DNA of 64,000 bases from Phoronis australis (Eukaryota; Animalia; Phoronida). Location: NCBI GenBank assembly GCA_002633005.1, contig NMRA01000008.1, positions 50,196 to 114,195 on the forward strand, read 5' to 3'. This document shows positions 1 to 41,982 of this stretch, piece by piece. Made by a program: the position numbers and the translations under genes. Numbering within the stretch: position 1 is the stretch's first letter; each line of letters begins with the position of its first letter. The notes below the pieces were generated by a model. That model was not told the DNA's origin, searched no databases, and saw only the letters and a program-made list of their open reading frames with translations.

Positions 1-936
1 ATCTTTCACTTTACCCAACCGCGTATTCTGATGCGCAAGACGGGCAAAGCTGACAGGGAGAAAATGTAATTAATTTCATTTACAGACGTTTTGAGTTGTT
101 GGAAATTTTTGTGTGAATCGTTTTGATTAACCCACCATAAGACAATAGTAATTTGACGGGATTGCGGTTGAAAAGAATTTGTAAAAAAAAAATGTAGGAT
201 AATATCCCACTGCAATAAATGCACACAAGAATACAGAATGGTGTACACCACCTGCCCTATCACACCACCTGCCCTATCGTTTGCTTTGAAAGAGCAAATT
301 TTTCCTGGGAGAAAGTTTATGTTTTTGACACATAAATGTGGTTTACACCAGTTTAATAACTGAATTAAGTGAAATTTTCATCTCGCTAACAGTAAAGTGA
401 AGAAAGTACTCATCTTGGATTTGAAAAGTGGGGGTCCAAATTTGTGAGATTGGCCGTATACGAGGATTTTTGTGGAGATGATATATTGTCTCATGTGTTT
501 CGGGAAACGTTTTGTCTTCTTGCTTATAGAACAGCCTGTGGATTTTCGTCATTTGACTTTGAAGTTGTCAGTACATTTTGTGACTTTCAGCCTTGGTCTG
601 TTTTGAAGAAACAGGCTAAGCCATCCACAGCCATGTTTTAGTTAACATTTAAAAGACAAAAGCCAATTGATTCTCTGAGAAACAGTGTTGTGTAGAAAAA
701 AAACGTGGCTCAAGATTTTTCAAATATGGTGCAAAGCAGTTCAAACATGGTGCGGCAATATGTCTGAACACATGTAGGAAGAACCCTGGATTAGACATCT
801 AAGTAAAAATAACCGTAATCTGCTGGCGGAAGAATTTTTTCTCTGTTTGTTCATACAGTTAGTTTTTCTCGTTCAATACAACACATTCTAACTCTATCAT
901 CGAGCCAGTATTGTTTATCCGCTGATTGTCTTTCAG

Positions 937-29509
<28,573 letters not shown>

Positions 29510-30812
29510 TCCAGCCACCTCAGGTGTCTTGCATATGGATTGCCTGTATTTAGACAGTTAGGGTTGATCAAACTGTCCGTCTGCTCTTGCATAAGTACAA
29601 GCTACCTTGCTTAACTCATTCTCGCAACTGGCACAAAAATGATGACTCATCCAAGTGATGTCTGTTTTGCGGGGTTAATGCTGGTATATTTACTTATGTC
29701 CAGCTGTGGCAAGTTTACAGCATCAAATTTTACTGGGAACCCTCGGCAGAAGTTAAAGGTCTGGTTTGATTTGTCAAGGAAGTGTTTTTCAACTGATTGC
29801 TTTCATCATCAATTTTCCAAAAATATCGAGGCACACTTGCCATGCCTTTACAACATAACCAAATGCCTATGTGGTATGTACCCAGGCTTTTCTGTGCTTT
29901 ATAAATGCATTAACACATAAAACTTGTAGTGGGATTAAAAGTGCATCCCACCAACTCCCTGCTTTCTTCCCTGGTCGGCCTCAATAATGACTTATAAACG
30001 GTCAATTTTACACGTAAATGATTGGGCATGTAATGGGAACCGATTTAAATGTTGAGGACTTACGAAGTGTGTCAAGTAACGTGGTAACGAGTTAAATGAG
30101 GTCACTTGTACTGTACAAATTTTGTTTTAGTACAAAAATGCCAACTACTCTGTATTTAGTGACGGCATATGTGAACCCTGAATACAGCTGGTCCCCTGAA
30201 AAACAGTTTTTCAATATGACCAGCCTTTAAAAATATGATTATTGCATTGTGTGTATGGTGTAACTTGATCTTCACTTGTTACACCCATAGTTATGCAGAC
30301 CTCCTTAAACATTTCTCATGGGTTTTTATTGTCAACTTGATACTTCTCAGTCCGTCACATGGAATGGATTTTTGTGCATATGGAACTAGCATTCGCTGAT
30401 AGACTATGTGGGTAGGGCTAGTACATTTCGTAACTGGGCTTAACAACTCGATTACTAAATACTAGATTTTCATTGTAGTTTCCAAAATAAAAGATAACTT
30501 GATGGCTGTATACTGTTACACACAAGTTCAGCATCCATATTTTTTCCTTTTCTGTTTGACAGTTTCAACATATTGAACCAAAAAAATAAGTAGTATTTCT
30601 ACAGTCCTGTACCAATCCACGGTTAATTCTAATCAGCATCGTTGTAGTATTGTAATAATCTCCATCTGCACTGTTACTGTAATACATCAGTATCAGTATC
30701 TGTTGATTTTATAGACATTGGTTTTATTGGCTAGCATTAGACAGACATTTTGGTGCATTTTGTGTGTTTTATGTGCTAATTTTTTTTTCATAGGATACAT
30801 CAGCAGCACACG

Positions 30813-31097
30813 CAACATTTTGTTGCTAGTAGAACTACCATTTCAACATTTTGTTGCTAGTAGAACTACCATTTCAACATGTTGTTGCTAGTAGAACTAC
30901 CATTTCAACATGTTGTTGCTAGTAGAACTACCATTTCAACATTTTGTTGCTAGTAGAACTACCATTTCAACATGTTGTTGCTAGTAGAACTACCATTTCA
31001 ACATGTTGTTGCTAGTAGAACTACCAGTTCAACATTTTGTTGCTAGTAGAACTACCATTTCAACATGTTGTTGCTAGTAGAACTATCATTTCAATAT
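30813..31097. repeat. 31-bp tandem repeat, about 9 copies, in the B56 3'UTR
   Basis: Unit AACAT(T/G)TTGTTGCTAGTAGAACTACCATTTC, no spacers. Confidence 0.95.
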
Positions 31098-31841
31098 GTT
31101 TGTCGTGTTTGCTGCCTCTCGTCTTGTTAGCAATGTGTTACTGAAAACTTTGCCTTATTTACCTTGAGTAAGTTGAAGTTAGTTCATGTCAGTAATCCTT
31201 TTAAGTCACAGATTTCAGAGCTCAAGGAGAAATGTTTTTTCAGTTACGTGAAAATGCTTCTTCAATTATGTGAAAACCCGTCACCTGTACCTTCTTTACA
31301 TGAATAGAACTGAATGTGAGACTGTCTTGTTAAAGTTTAACATTATTTGTGTTTAAGTAGTCGAATGTCCAGACAATAGTAACTTCACACCACACCTCTT
31401 GTAAGGAATTATTCTCAATTAATGAATTGTACGACGTTTGGTTCGTTTGAAGTTATTTCTGCAAGTGATTAGCATTGGTCATCTGCCCTTCTATATATTT
31501 ACAATCAGTTGTTACCAGCTATTGTGTTATCTATGTGATGTTTGGCTACTAAATGCTTTGTTGTCCCTGCTAGGGTTGATTAAGAATCTAAATCATAGCA
31601 GCTATGTAGATTATGAAGGTTAATGCAAAGTTCCGTGTACGACATATTTGAACTTAAAGTGATCAACTATGTATGGATGTAATTAGATCCGTTATGGAAA
31701 GAACCCACTTGGAAATGGCAGGCATTTGTTTTACACAATTGTGACAACGCTGAATAATGTAAAATTAATCCATGTTCAATCAAATCTTGATGTATAGATA
31801 ACTAGTGATAAGTTCATTGTACAAGGGACTGTCTTTGTATT

Positions 31842-31847
31842 AATAAA
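31842..31847 (+). terminator. Candidate poly(A) signal of the B56 gene
   Basis: AATAAA followed by a GT/T-rich stretch. Confidence 0.55.
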
Positions 31848-32901
31848 CTATGTATCTAATTTTATGAAGTGTTGTTTTAGTTCTTTCTATCGTTACCTAA
31901 TTACTGGAAATTATCTTAAGATTGATTTTATTCTTCACATTATCCCACATCAGGGCTACTAACTGTTTCTTGGATACACAGAAATGTCCGAACACAGGAG
32001 TTTAAAAGACATATTTCACCGTGTAATGTACATCACAAAAATTGAACATTTATTTCAACCAATCAGTTCTATTTTGAGTCTTTCTTGGAGGCATTTTCAT
32101 TATTTTAGATGTATTTGGTTGACCAGATAGCCCCAGCAATACTTGAACAATACCAGAAATCATGTGAAGTAGTCTTTTTGTATCACCACAACACGGAACA
32201 GAGAATAAAAGGCTGAAAGTAGCTGCTTAAATAGGGGTCTCAACAGAACACCATATACGGGTGGCCATGGTGACATGAATTGGCCTAGCCATTAATTACA
32301 TTTCGCAGTTCATGGCATTCATGTCTTTGAGTGATGTTCAAAACATTTAGCAGCGACCAAATTCACGTAACTGGTGTTACTGCAGATGCATTGCTTGTCA
32401 GTTGTCTTTTTTTTTGTACAATTGGGATTATGAAAACTACAATACCCCATAAAAATTTTAGAGCTCGGCAAACGGATTTTACTAATATTCCACTATTATG
32501 CTAAGATAGTTTTTGTACGTCCTGCAAAAAATTTGTGTCATGACTTAAATCTCTAAACTAATCTTTAATTCTTACAATTGGCAAAAAAATCACCAGGATG
32601 ACTACAGAATCTGATGGCGCAACAAGCATCAGCCAAGATGCTGCCCAGTTATAGTCTTCATCTGTTACCACAATGACGGTGTTTCTAATGTTAAAAATTT
32701 AAAAGCTTTAACTGTACTGTAGGCATTTCCAACTTCATCCACCACAACAGTCTTTATCTTTTTTGACAGTCTCTAAATTAAAACCTGCTTAACAGTTTTC
32801 AGTGTGTTTAAAATTCAAACTCCTTCACCTTCACAGTCCATATCTGTTTTCACTGGCGAGGGTAAGAATTAAAACAGAACAGTATTCACTCATCACCATC
32901 T

Positions 32902-35894
32902 CTACCTGTTTTCATTACGTTTAAAATTCAAACGTTCTTGTAACTGACTTTTCCAGACTTCCTCAGGAATGTCTTTTGCCCACTCGGGCATCTGACTATC
33001 TGGTAATTTAAAACCAACCATTGCAGCCTTTATCTTCTCTGCTTGTTCTGAAAACAAAAAATGGACACTGGATACATGAAAGATGAATAGAAACAAATTT
33101 GACTTCGCATGCACTTATTCCATTCCTCAAAGGGATGATAAACCCATGCCTACTGTCAAAAAACAACAGATTTAGGTCACTTGCTATGATAAAATTGGTT
33201 TCATCTTGATCCTTACTCAGATTAGAAATAACTTGTATGCCAGAAGAACTGACAGGTCATGATTGCTTCACACCCTGTCACAACTAGTTACTATCAGTCG
33301 TTGCTAATGTCCGGGGAATTAATTTCAACCAATTTACATTCAAACAAAGGATAAGAATGAAAAGAAGTTGCTCAGAGCGAGCAATCAGATGTTTTGAAAA
33401 TTAGACCATGGTTACAGTACAACCATTAAAAACCTTGACTTTGCCACGGAAACTATTCAAAATGGTCTAATTTTATGCAATAACGGTACGTATTGTGTGG
33501 AATTCATAGAGTATTGCTATAAGGATTTTCAATATTTTTGTTAAAACCAATCTGAAATGTAGCAATAGATTCTCCTATTGTGCTACACCACATAGATTAG
33601 TATTAGTCACGTAAGCGGCAAATCACATTCCATCAAGACCACTTTGGTTCAGACCACTTGCTGTTATGAAATTGCTCCTTAGTCAATTTAAAGGTGATTT
33701 CGAGGATTCGAAACAATTGACAGTTTGAATAATGATAAATTACCTTTCAGATTCATGAAATTTATATAGAGACCACTAGCTTTTAAGTACCATTTTGAAA
33801 CCTTCATCAGGTGGAATTGTGGGTAAATGGAGCGAGAGCTTGTGGTCTCTATATAAATTTATGACTCTGAAAAGTAACTAACCGTATCATTATTCAAATT
33901 GTAACGGAGTCAGTAACACGAACATTCATTCTACAACAGATAGTTCGTTATTGCCTGAGACGAGGCTCTACAAGTTCAGAAGCAGATCCAGCTGAGGATT
34001 TTGAATCAGGGTGGGGGGGGACCAGGGCTGAGTATTAGCCAAGGTTTTGCCCATCAGATATTCGCATCTCCTAACCTCCAAATGGAATTTGGGAGAATTT
34101 TAGGGGGGCCACGGCCCTCTTGGGATGTCACAGCGTGTCACTTTTGTCGCCGAGCATAGTCTTAATAAATAATGAACTGCATGTTCCTTGCAAACCCAGA
34201 AATAACTTCTCATCCGAGTAAGAAAAAAACTGAGACTAATTTCATAGAAAATGGGTTTGTAGCCTCATTTTTATTCAGCGGTAAGTGCTTTAATATGATT
34301 AGGTGTACATGTTTTCACATGAATATTTTTCATTTGTGTTAAATATCTTTGAGCATACCTTCAGGTAATGGGCCACTCTCCAACCTAGAGTTCTCTCCAC
34401 TCCAAACAGGTTCTGTCACCGGTAATCCATCTTCAGGTAACTTAAACATAAAGTTATTACTTTCAATATACATATACTTATTTCAATAAACAATGCATTT
34501 TCGTATGTCCATATAAAATGATGCGTTTTCGAAGATAAATTATGTGGCGCATTTCTCAAAATTCAATTAACAGGTAATATTCATGGGTCCACAGTCAAAC
34601 CTTGCAATAAATCTAGTAAACATTGAGCACTGTGGCATTCAAACATAGAGGGCAAACAACACCTGGATAATGCTGTGAGAATGCAGATTACTACGTGCAG
34701 TTAAAGTTTTTATTTTTGTTAAACGTTCAAACTTGTCCTTTACCAAGAGCGGAGGGTAGGTAACTGACATTTTGACACCCAATTCATTAAATTGCCAATA
34801 TAGCGTGTTTCTTGGCCGTTTCAATTTGGATATCATGAAAATGATACGTTACATTTATTCAATTGCTACACAATCTGTTTCAGATGCATCCAGTACAGAT
34901 AATGCACTTGCAAATTACAGACAAATGGAAACATCTCTTTTGCTTTATTGCTAGTTAAAAGCAATATAAACACGTTACGCACCTTGCATTATGTACTAAT
35001 GAGAACTGGAGACTCATACAAGGCTCTCATTTCAAATTGTTTCTCATTCAAATTTAATCAAAACAATCAATTGTGCTAAGGTTGAATTCTGTGATTCATC
35101 TACGTCGCTGCTGTCATTTTTTAGTGCACAATGGCATGCTTGTCAGGCGGCTCATAACAAGTGGTGACATCACAAACAACTTGTGGGCATTTCATTTGAT
35201 TTATAACTGTGCTTGAGTAGTAAGATTTTCAGTGTTATCAGATGGCATGTGCCTAGAGAATCTTTTGTGCAAAGGATTTGCTAATCTATTCATTTATTTG
35301 ATGCACTTAGTTGCTGGCTTTCAAACTTTTATTTTTCTATGACGGTTGTGTTGTATGCACACCAATAAGCATGGTCAGTGCTTTCAATCCTGGTGCGGTC
35401 AAGCAACAAGAGTAATTTTCATCATACTGTTTGCAAGTCACTAAGTTATCTGTGATCTTAATGAGCTGACAACAGACTCACCATGCATTTGAAAAACGAC
35501 AGCAGTGGTGTTGATGAAAATGAAATACCCCGAACTGGTGATCCTTACGAACTTTTATCTACACATAAATGAAAATGATGCTTCTAGTACTGACCCCTAA
35601 CGCAGATGCAAGAGATGGTGCACTATAACCGAGGTCTGCATCCACTCCAGACAACTGATGTTGAATGACATCATCAACTGAGATTTGATGAGAGTCTCCG
35701 TCATCGCCACCAGCATCTGGTTCCTGTGGTAATTGCTGATAACCATGGTGACCATTGTTCATGTCTTCATCCTCGCCTTCACTCTCTGAAGAGCTTGATA
35801 CATTGATGAATTGAGAGACATCGGTTGGTAGATCAGTGATGCTGCCCCTACCATGTTTATCCGGATCTTCTGTGGGATCAGGGACAGGAGACAT
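32902..35894 (-). CDS. MEA1: Male-enhanced antigen 1 orthologue, 3 coding exons (35894-35595, 34440-34359, 33047-32902), 175 aa
   Basis: MSPVPDP start, acidic SSSESEGEDED, GYQQLPQ, C-terminal IKAAMVGFKLP..MPEWAKDIPEEVW; phases 0 and 1 compatible; position convergent with B56delta-like gene. Confidence 0.88.
33724..33899. mobile_element. Second Penelope-like inverted terminal relic
   Basis: Inverted arms of ~60 bp (33724-33782 / 33837-33899); minus strand reads CCAC-CTGATGAAGG...AAAAGCTA-GTGG. Confidence 0.55.
33978..34122. mobile_element. Degenerate MITE, same family as 47409-47563
   Basis: Shared GATCCAG..GATTTTGA..GGGGGG..CCAGGGC..TATTAGCCA and GAGAATTTTAGGGGGGCCA segments. Confidence 0.55.
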
Positions 35895-36189
35895 TTTTCT
35901 GAAAGCATATAATTCTTTGTTATTCAATAAAAATGGGACAATGAATTTAAAGCGATATATATTTAGGTTCTCATCTTTAATGGTTTTGCCACCCATAAAG
36001 ATGGGTGAAATGACAAAACTGTTAAATTTAACTTTCACTGTCAAAGCGGTTATAAACGCCCTTTCCATCACAAAAAGTAACTTTTGATTTCAACTTTTTT
36101 ACGATCTCAAATAGTTGGCAGTGGTTTCAGAACTTCAGTCGGCCATATTGTGTTCTGAACAGGTGAAGAATTACCATGTATGATAGAGA

Positions 36190-38363
36190 ATAGAAACTCA
36201 AACGATCACAATGATCGCTACAACGGAATAACATTGGGAATTCATTGTCAGAAAACATGACATTGGACATAGATCCCAGCGAAATCTAGTCACTAAATTG
36301 AAAAGAAAATCCATATGCCAGTATTTCCAAACAAGCAGTGATATCAAAAACTCGTGCAATTCAAAGCTCTTCTGGGAGACTGTTAAGTCTTTTGTATGTG
36401 AAGGAACAGACAGAAATGGGATAACGTTGTATGAAAATGGTCAAGTTGTCACGGATGCTGACAAGGTAGCTGAAATCTTTAATAGTTACTTTTTTGAATC
36501 GGTGGAATCAATCAGTTCCCAGTTTCCAAATGTAAATTCTTACAATGCTTATACTTCTCATCCGAGTGTCACCTCGATTCTCTCCAAAAGTGCAGAAGGG
36601 TCGATTCAACGGGTCCTTAGCTTCTCAATTGTCACTGAAAACGATGTCTTAAGGGCATTACATGCAATAAATCGATGGGTTATGACTCTTTACATCTGAG
36701 ATTCCTCAAGTATGGCGCTCATGCAATATGCAAGTCCCTAACACCGATATTCAACAAGTGTATAGCCTCTAATGAGTATCCCTCTATGTTGAAAAAAGTC
36801 AGGTTAGCCCAGTATTTAAGAAAGGGGACCAAACGGATAAATCCTGTTGTAGACCGGTTAGTGTGCTAACCGCTGTCAACCAAGTTTTTGAACGACTTAT
36901 TCTAGACCAATTGAAAGTACATTTTGATGAAATTTTAAATGAAAATTTATGCGCTTTCTGTAAAGGTTTTTCTTGTCAGGATGTCTTGTTGCGCCTAACT
37001 GAAGATGTAAGGTTAGCTCTGGACAAAAATTTATTTGCTGGGTGCATACTGATTGATCTGTCTAAGGCTTTTGATTGCCTTCCCCCATGAGCTCCTTGTT
37101 GCCAAACTAAAAGCCTAAGGCTGCACATTGAATACCTGTAACCTCATAATGTCCTATCTCAGTGATAGAAGGATGAGGGTAAAAATTGGCTCAACTGTCA
37201 GTGACTGGTTAAATGTCCCCAAGGGCGTTCGTCAAGGGTCTGTCTTAGGCCCCATGTTATTCACCATTTTTATCAATGATATATTTTACACTATAAGCGG
37301 TCACTGTAAGTTATATAATTACGCTGATGACAATACCCTCTTGCAAGCAGGCTCCTCTTTATCTGCAGTCCGCCTCAGCCTCAAGGTAGCTGGGCAAATG
37401 GCAATGGATTGGTTCTCCTCTAATGGAATGGCTGTAAACCTTGGTAAATTTAAGTCAATTATCTTTTCTAGGAATCGTGTACATAATAATGATAGGTATC
37501 TCATGTCTGGTGATACTATGATTAAGTGTGAAGAGTCCATTAAGCTGCTGGGTGTCCAACTTGACAGCCAGCTAAGATTCCACGAGCACGTTGATGTTAT
37601 TTGCAAAAAAGCTTCTAAACAGATGAATGTCTTGTTCCGTCTTCGAAATGTTTTAGGCACTAACAGTAAGCTTAAGTTATATTATGCATTTATAAGATCC
37701 TATTTTAATCATTGCCCCCTCATTTGGCACCTATGTGGAATACAGAAAAGTAGGAAAATGGAAAAGATAAAACACCGTGCTTTAAAATTTGTGTTCAATG
37801 ACAGCGAGTCCAGCTACTCACAACTCTTAGTTTAGGCTAGGAGCTGCTCTCTAACTAGTTGGCAGATGAAATGTTTATCTATTGAAGTATTCAAAAATTT
37901 TCATATTATTGGACCCTGTCCTTTGTCAGGAAAGCTTGAATTTAGAGAGTCTGGATACGGTCTCAGAGGTGAAAACTGTCTCTATGTGAAACGCTTTAAT
38001 ACGATGACTTACAGATGTAACTCAATCTCCCATAAAGGTACTTTGCTGTGGAACTCATTGCCATCAGTAATGAGACAATGTACTACCTTAAATGAATTTG
38101 CCACTCTTGCTCATGACTTTTTCTCTGAGATCTGCTCTTGTGAAAACTGCTATGGGATGCCTACACGCTCCGTAACATGTATGTGTACTTTTGTATTTAA
38201 ATTTATGTTTAGGTTCTGTATATTCTCCGTACTGTAGAATTAGCTAGTATTTTAGTTCTGTTCATTTTGTAGATTTTAAATCTGTCGGATAATAGCACTT
38301 GTGCTAATGTTTCATTGTTAAGGTTCACCGACTTTTAAGTAAAGATTATTACTACTACTACTA
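36190..38363 (+). mobile_element. 5'-truncated, degenerate non-LTR retrotransposon (CR1/L2 group) reverse transcriptase
   Basis: Motifs LIDLSKAFDCL, GVRQGSVLGPMLFTIFIND, YADDNTL, KLLGVQLD, LWNSLP spread over frameshifted/stop-broken ORFs; (TAC)n tail at ~38345-38363; no endonuclease seen. Start is approximate. Confidence 0.93.
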
Positions 38364-38639
38364 CAATATTGGTTACTGGTGCAGGGGGATGAGACCACAT
38401 ATCACAAACAACAAATATGTGACTTCTCAAGTAAACCCAAGCTAGAGTTTAAGTTAAAACATCATGAATTTCAAACATAACTAAGTGTCCAGACATCTGC
38501 TAATAATATTTTTTGAAAACTGTACATTGAAGTGAATGTGGGTAATAGTCGGATAAGTTGGTCCCATTTCAAATTCTGTCAGGAATACTTAAAAAATAAA
38601 ATGAAGTGTCGCAATATACAATTACCCACTCTTATGGAT

Positions 38640-38960
38640 CACGCGCGCCACTCTACTCACACTTTTTCGTGAAATCTACAACATTTGAGAAGATACGCGA
38701 CAAATTATGTTCGCCTCCCGAGCGTTTTTCCTCGATCCAAGATGTCCGCCAATGAACTCACGTTCGCGAGAGGACCGGCGTTGTTCTCGCGAACGGGGTC
38801 ACGTTCGCGAGAGAACACGTGTTGTCTTCTCGCAAACGCAAACTAACTAACGTTCGCAAGAGTCCAAAAATGAACCCAATGAGAAAACGCAAAACTCCAA
38901 CTTAGTTAAAAGAGATTTTTAAAAAAGGTTTTGTCGTTTCACCCGCTGATGACGTCATAC
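38640..38960 (-). promoter_or_regulatory. CpG-rich candidate promoter / non-coding first exon of MEA1
   Basis: CpG enrichment, repeated TTCGCGAGA / TCTCGCGAA, CRE TGACGTCA at ~38950. The MEA1 ATG exon starts at a splice acceptor (35898), so an upstream exon is required. Confidence 0.5.
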
Positions 38961-38990
38961 CCCACTGTGCCAGGGTAGCATAAATAATGA

Positions 38991-39366
38991 NNNNNNNNNN
39001 NNNNNNNNNNNNNNNNNNNNNNNNNNNNNNNNNNNNNNNNNNNNNNNNNNNNNNNNNNNNNNNNNNNNNNNNNNNNNNNNNNNNNNNNNNNNNNNNNNNN
39101 NNNNNNNNNNNNNNNNNNNNNNNNNNNNNNNNNNNNNNNNNNNNNNNNNNNNNNNNNNNNNNNNNNNNNNNNNNNNNNNNNNNNNNNNNNNNNNNNNNNN
39201 NNNNNNNNNNNNNNNNNNNNNNNNNNNNNNNNNNNNNNNNNNNNNNNNNNNNNNNNNNNNNNNNNNNNNNNNNNNNNNNNNNNNNNNNNNNNNNNNNNNN
39301 NNNNNNNNNNNNNNNNNNNNNNNNNNNNNNNNNNNNNNNNNNNNNNNNNNNNNNNNNNNNNNNNNN
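38991..39366. other. Assembly gap (376 N)
   Basis: Run of n. Confidence 1.
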
Positions 39367-39830
39367 ACACCAAATTGCAACTGTTTGTGCAGCTTTCGGG
39401 CTCCTCCCGAACTTGGTTGCCAACAGTTTAGCCCCATGCAATTCTCGGGCTCCTCCCGAGCTTGATTGCATCTCACCTTTCGGATCTGAATAACCAAATT
39501 GCCCCGTTCTTGCACACACAACTATTAATCAGCGACTGGCTTGCCCGTGTATCAGAACTGTATAAATCACAACGCTGCGATACTAAATCATGGAACAACT
39601 GGATTGCTTGTAAGTGTGGAATATTGTAGTTATATATTCTTACAATAAACCTAAGTATTATTCACCAACTTTTAGTTTTCAACATCACCCTCAGTCCGCA
39701 CCGGGCTCGTAAAATCGGGGCGCCTTGGTCGTAGATACCGCCCCCGTTACACTATCATCAAAATACAGCTAGGTACCACTTAGGCAATGACCATCGCCTC
39801 TGTTGGTCGGACCAACAGAGGCGATGGTCA

Positions 39831-40918
39831 TTCAGAGCATAACTTTGAAGTGGAATAATTGGGTGAGTACGACAACAAGCCGGTTTTATGCTTAGGCGGA
39901 CGACCATTGGCCCTGGGTTCCCGAGTATAATACAGACAGCTTTGACTGAGTTTGAGGCTAGGCTTTGCACAGCTAATTCTGCAGCTGCGATTGAACACTG
40001 ATCAAAAACAAGCAAAATGTTTGAATACCTGTAGGATGTCAAATATCAAAGTCTCCTCTTCTAACCTTCTTACACTGAGAAATAAGGCAGGATTTTTTCT
40101 AAATTCTAGGATATCAGCAAACCACTTGTCCGAGGTCCACTCCATCTTGTTCAAAGAAAATAGGTCACAAGTCACATGATCGCGATCATACAAAATTTTG
40201 AGGACAAATCAAAGGTCAATTGCTTTAAAAAAAGCCTTTGTTAAAGGGCATTCTTTGGTCACACTGTCACGATTTGTCTGTGTGTGTTGTGATTTTTTAT
40301 TCCTGGTTCCCATGTTGGAAGAACTAACCAAACACAAAGTTTTCAATCGTGACATGTCAACACAGAAGATTCAGATGTTAATTGTTTTTACTACCCGGGC
40401 ACACACGGAAATCCCTAAGATTTCACTGAGTCGGGCTTGGAAACGCACGCGTCGTCTTGTCTAAGACAAATCGCCTTCTTTTCTTTGGAACTTCACCAAG
40501 AAGACCTGGAAGACTCCTGTGAAGCTTAGGTACTTATGACAACATGTTTTTTTTTTTAGTTTAGCTAGTATGAAGTATCGATTTACAGAAAAGCTTCCCG
40601 CACTGGCCGCGCATCACTGACAAGTGGTTGGCTATCCCCGCTATAGCCCCCAGACCCCTATGGTGCGCCGCTCATACCGCGTGTGCTTCCCGCTGTTTTA
40701 CTTTTAGTTGGACCAGACCACCTTTCAACGGTCCTTTGATCAGCGCCTCGACAATATTTCTATAATTACCTGAAGGTCCACTATGTTGTGTTGCTAACTA
40801 ATTTGGCCAAGTAATCACAGAGATATATACTGGGGAGCCCAATGTTCGTCCGCCTAAGCATAAAACCGACTTGCTGTTGTACTCACCGAATTATTCCACT
40901 TCAAAGTTATGATCTGAA
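39831..40918. mobile_element. Non-autonomous element bounded by ~85-bp inverted repeats
   Basis: TTCAGAGCATAACTTTGAAGTGGAATAATT..TTTTATGCTTAGGCGGACG is mirrored at ~40838-40918. Confidence 0.6.
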
Positions 40919-41559
40919 TAGGATTCGATTTAACTCTCACAGATATACCGCATTCATCGATTCGGAAGTTTTCTTTAATTTGTGCCGAGTTATTTCAAAT
41001 GTGCACTGCCTTCGGCAGCCATTTTATTGTGACACCTAAGTTCGTCATATGCTGCCCCCTTTTGTAAAAACTGAGAAACATGCAGAAAAAGGCCAACGAA
41101 GTAATGAAAATTGCAACAGCCTGTTTTTATTGACATAAACTCGATTTGAAGCTTTGATGTTGAGCTCTGCACTGTGGTTTCCAATAAAAGCCAATTGGAC
41201 AACATTTCAATGCAGTTTAATGGTGAATGCGTGAGGCAAAAATGTTAAGAACCCAGCGTATCGCATTTGTCTGCGGATTTTTCCTTTGGCCTTCTAGATC
41301 CTACTAGTGCCTGGGACAAACAGATACATTGCATAAACAAACCCTGGATCATGTTTTGTGTCCCGTCGGAAGAAAATTTAAATTCGAAAACATCTTCTGA
41401 AAACGCACAAAAAAGTGTATTAGTAAAATCTACTGATTTTTAAGTGGTTTTAAAAAACAATCGGTAAACTCACCGATTTTTGTCTCATTACTTTGATACG
41501 TGTCTCTTCCGATAAGTTAGTACCTAACGTGCAGACGAGAACTCCAAATTGGAACGCTA

Positions 41560-41626
41560 AGTCCCGCGTGGTTGCGCTGCACGCGAAACAAGATGGCGGA
41601 CGAACTTTGGAGCCTGACGAAAATAG
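41560..41626 (+). promoter_or_regulatory. Candidate first exon/promoter of the MAVS-like gene
   Basis: CpG-rich, AAGATGGCGG (YY1-type) motif, donor AG|gtaacc at 41626. Confidence 0.6.
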
Positions 41627-41982
41627 GTAACCGGATGATACTATAGCCTGCAAGCTCCACTTTGGACAATTCTAACCACAAATCACCGACCAACTTTCTG
41701 CAGTAGTCAAGTAGTTTCTCATTCTCTTTGAAGGTGAGGCTGCTATTTTTACTGTTTTTGGGAAACAGCTAATAATTACTGAGAAAATGGAACTGTGGCG
41801 TAATTCAGTAAAAGAGTGCAGGCAATTTTTTAACTATTGTGATGGTATTTATCACTTTGATTGACAAAATGAAAAAAAATAGATTAATTTTTGCTGAAAT
41901 GGATTTCTTTGTTATTTTGAAATTGGAAAAATCATGGTCATCTATAGGTCTAAAAACCGGACGATCACCACCCAAATAAAAA

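Noticed and set aside
245-278. 17-bp direct duplication
   Set aside because: Ordinary slippage duplication in an intron, no further structure.
30813-31097. CRISPR-like array of 31-bp palindromic repeats
   Set aside because: Units are contiguous with no unique spacers, no cas genes, eukaryotic 3'UTR context.
35481-35558. Extra MEA1 exon with a GTGAGT donor
   Set aside because: Would need an intron of ~36 nt; the 3-exon model is already in frame and MEA1-like.
38902-39521. Long ORFs containing X runs
   Set aside because: Artefacts of the N gap.
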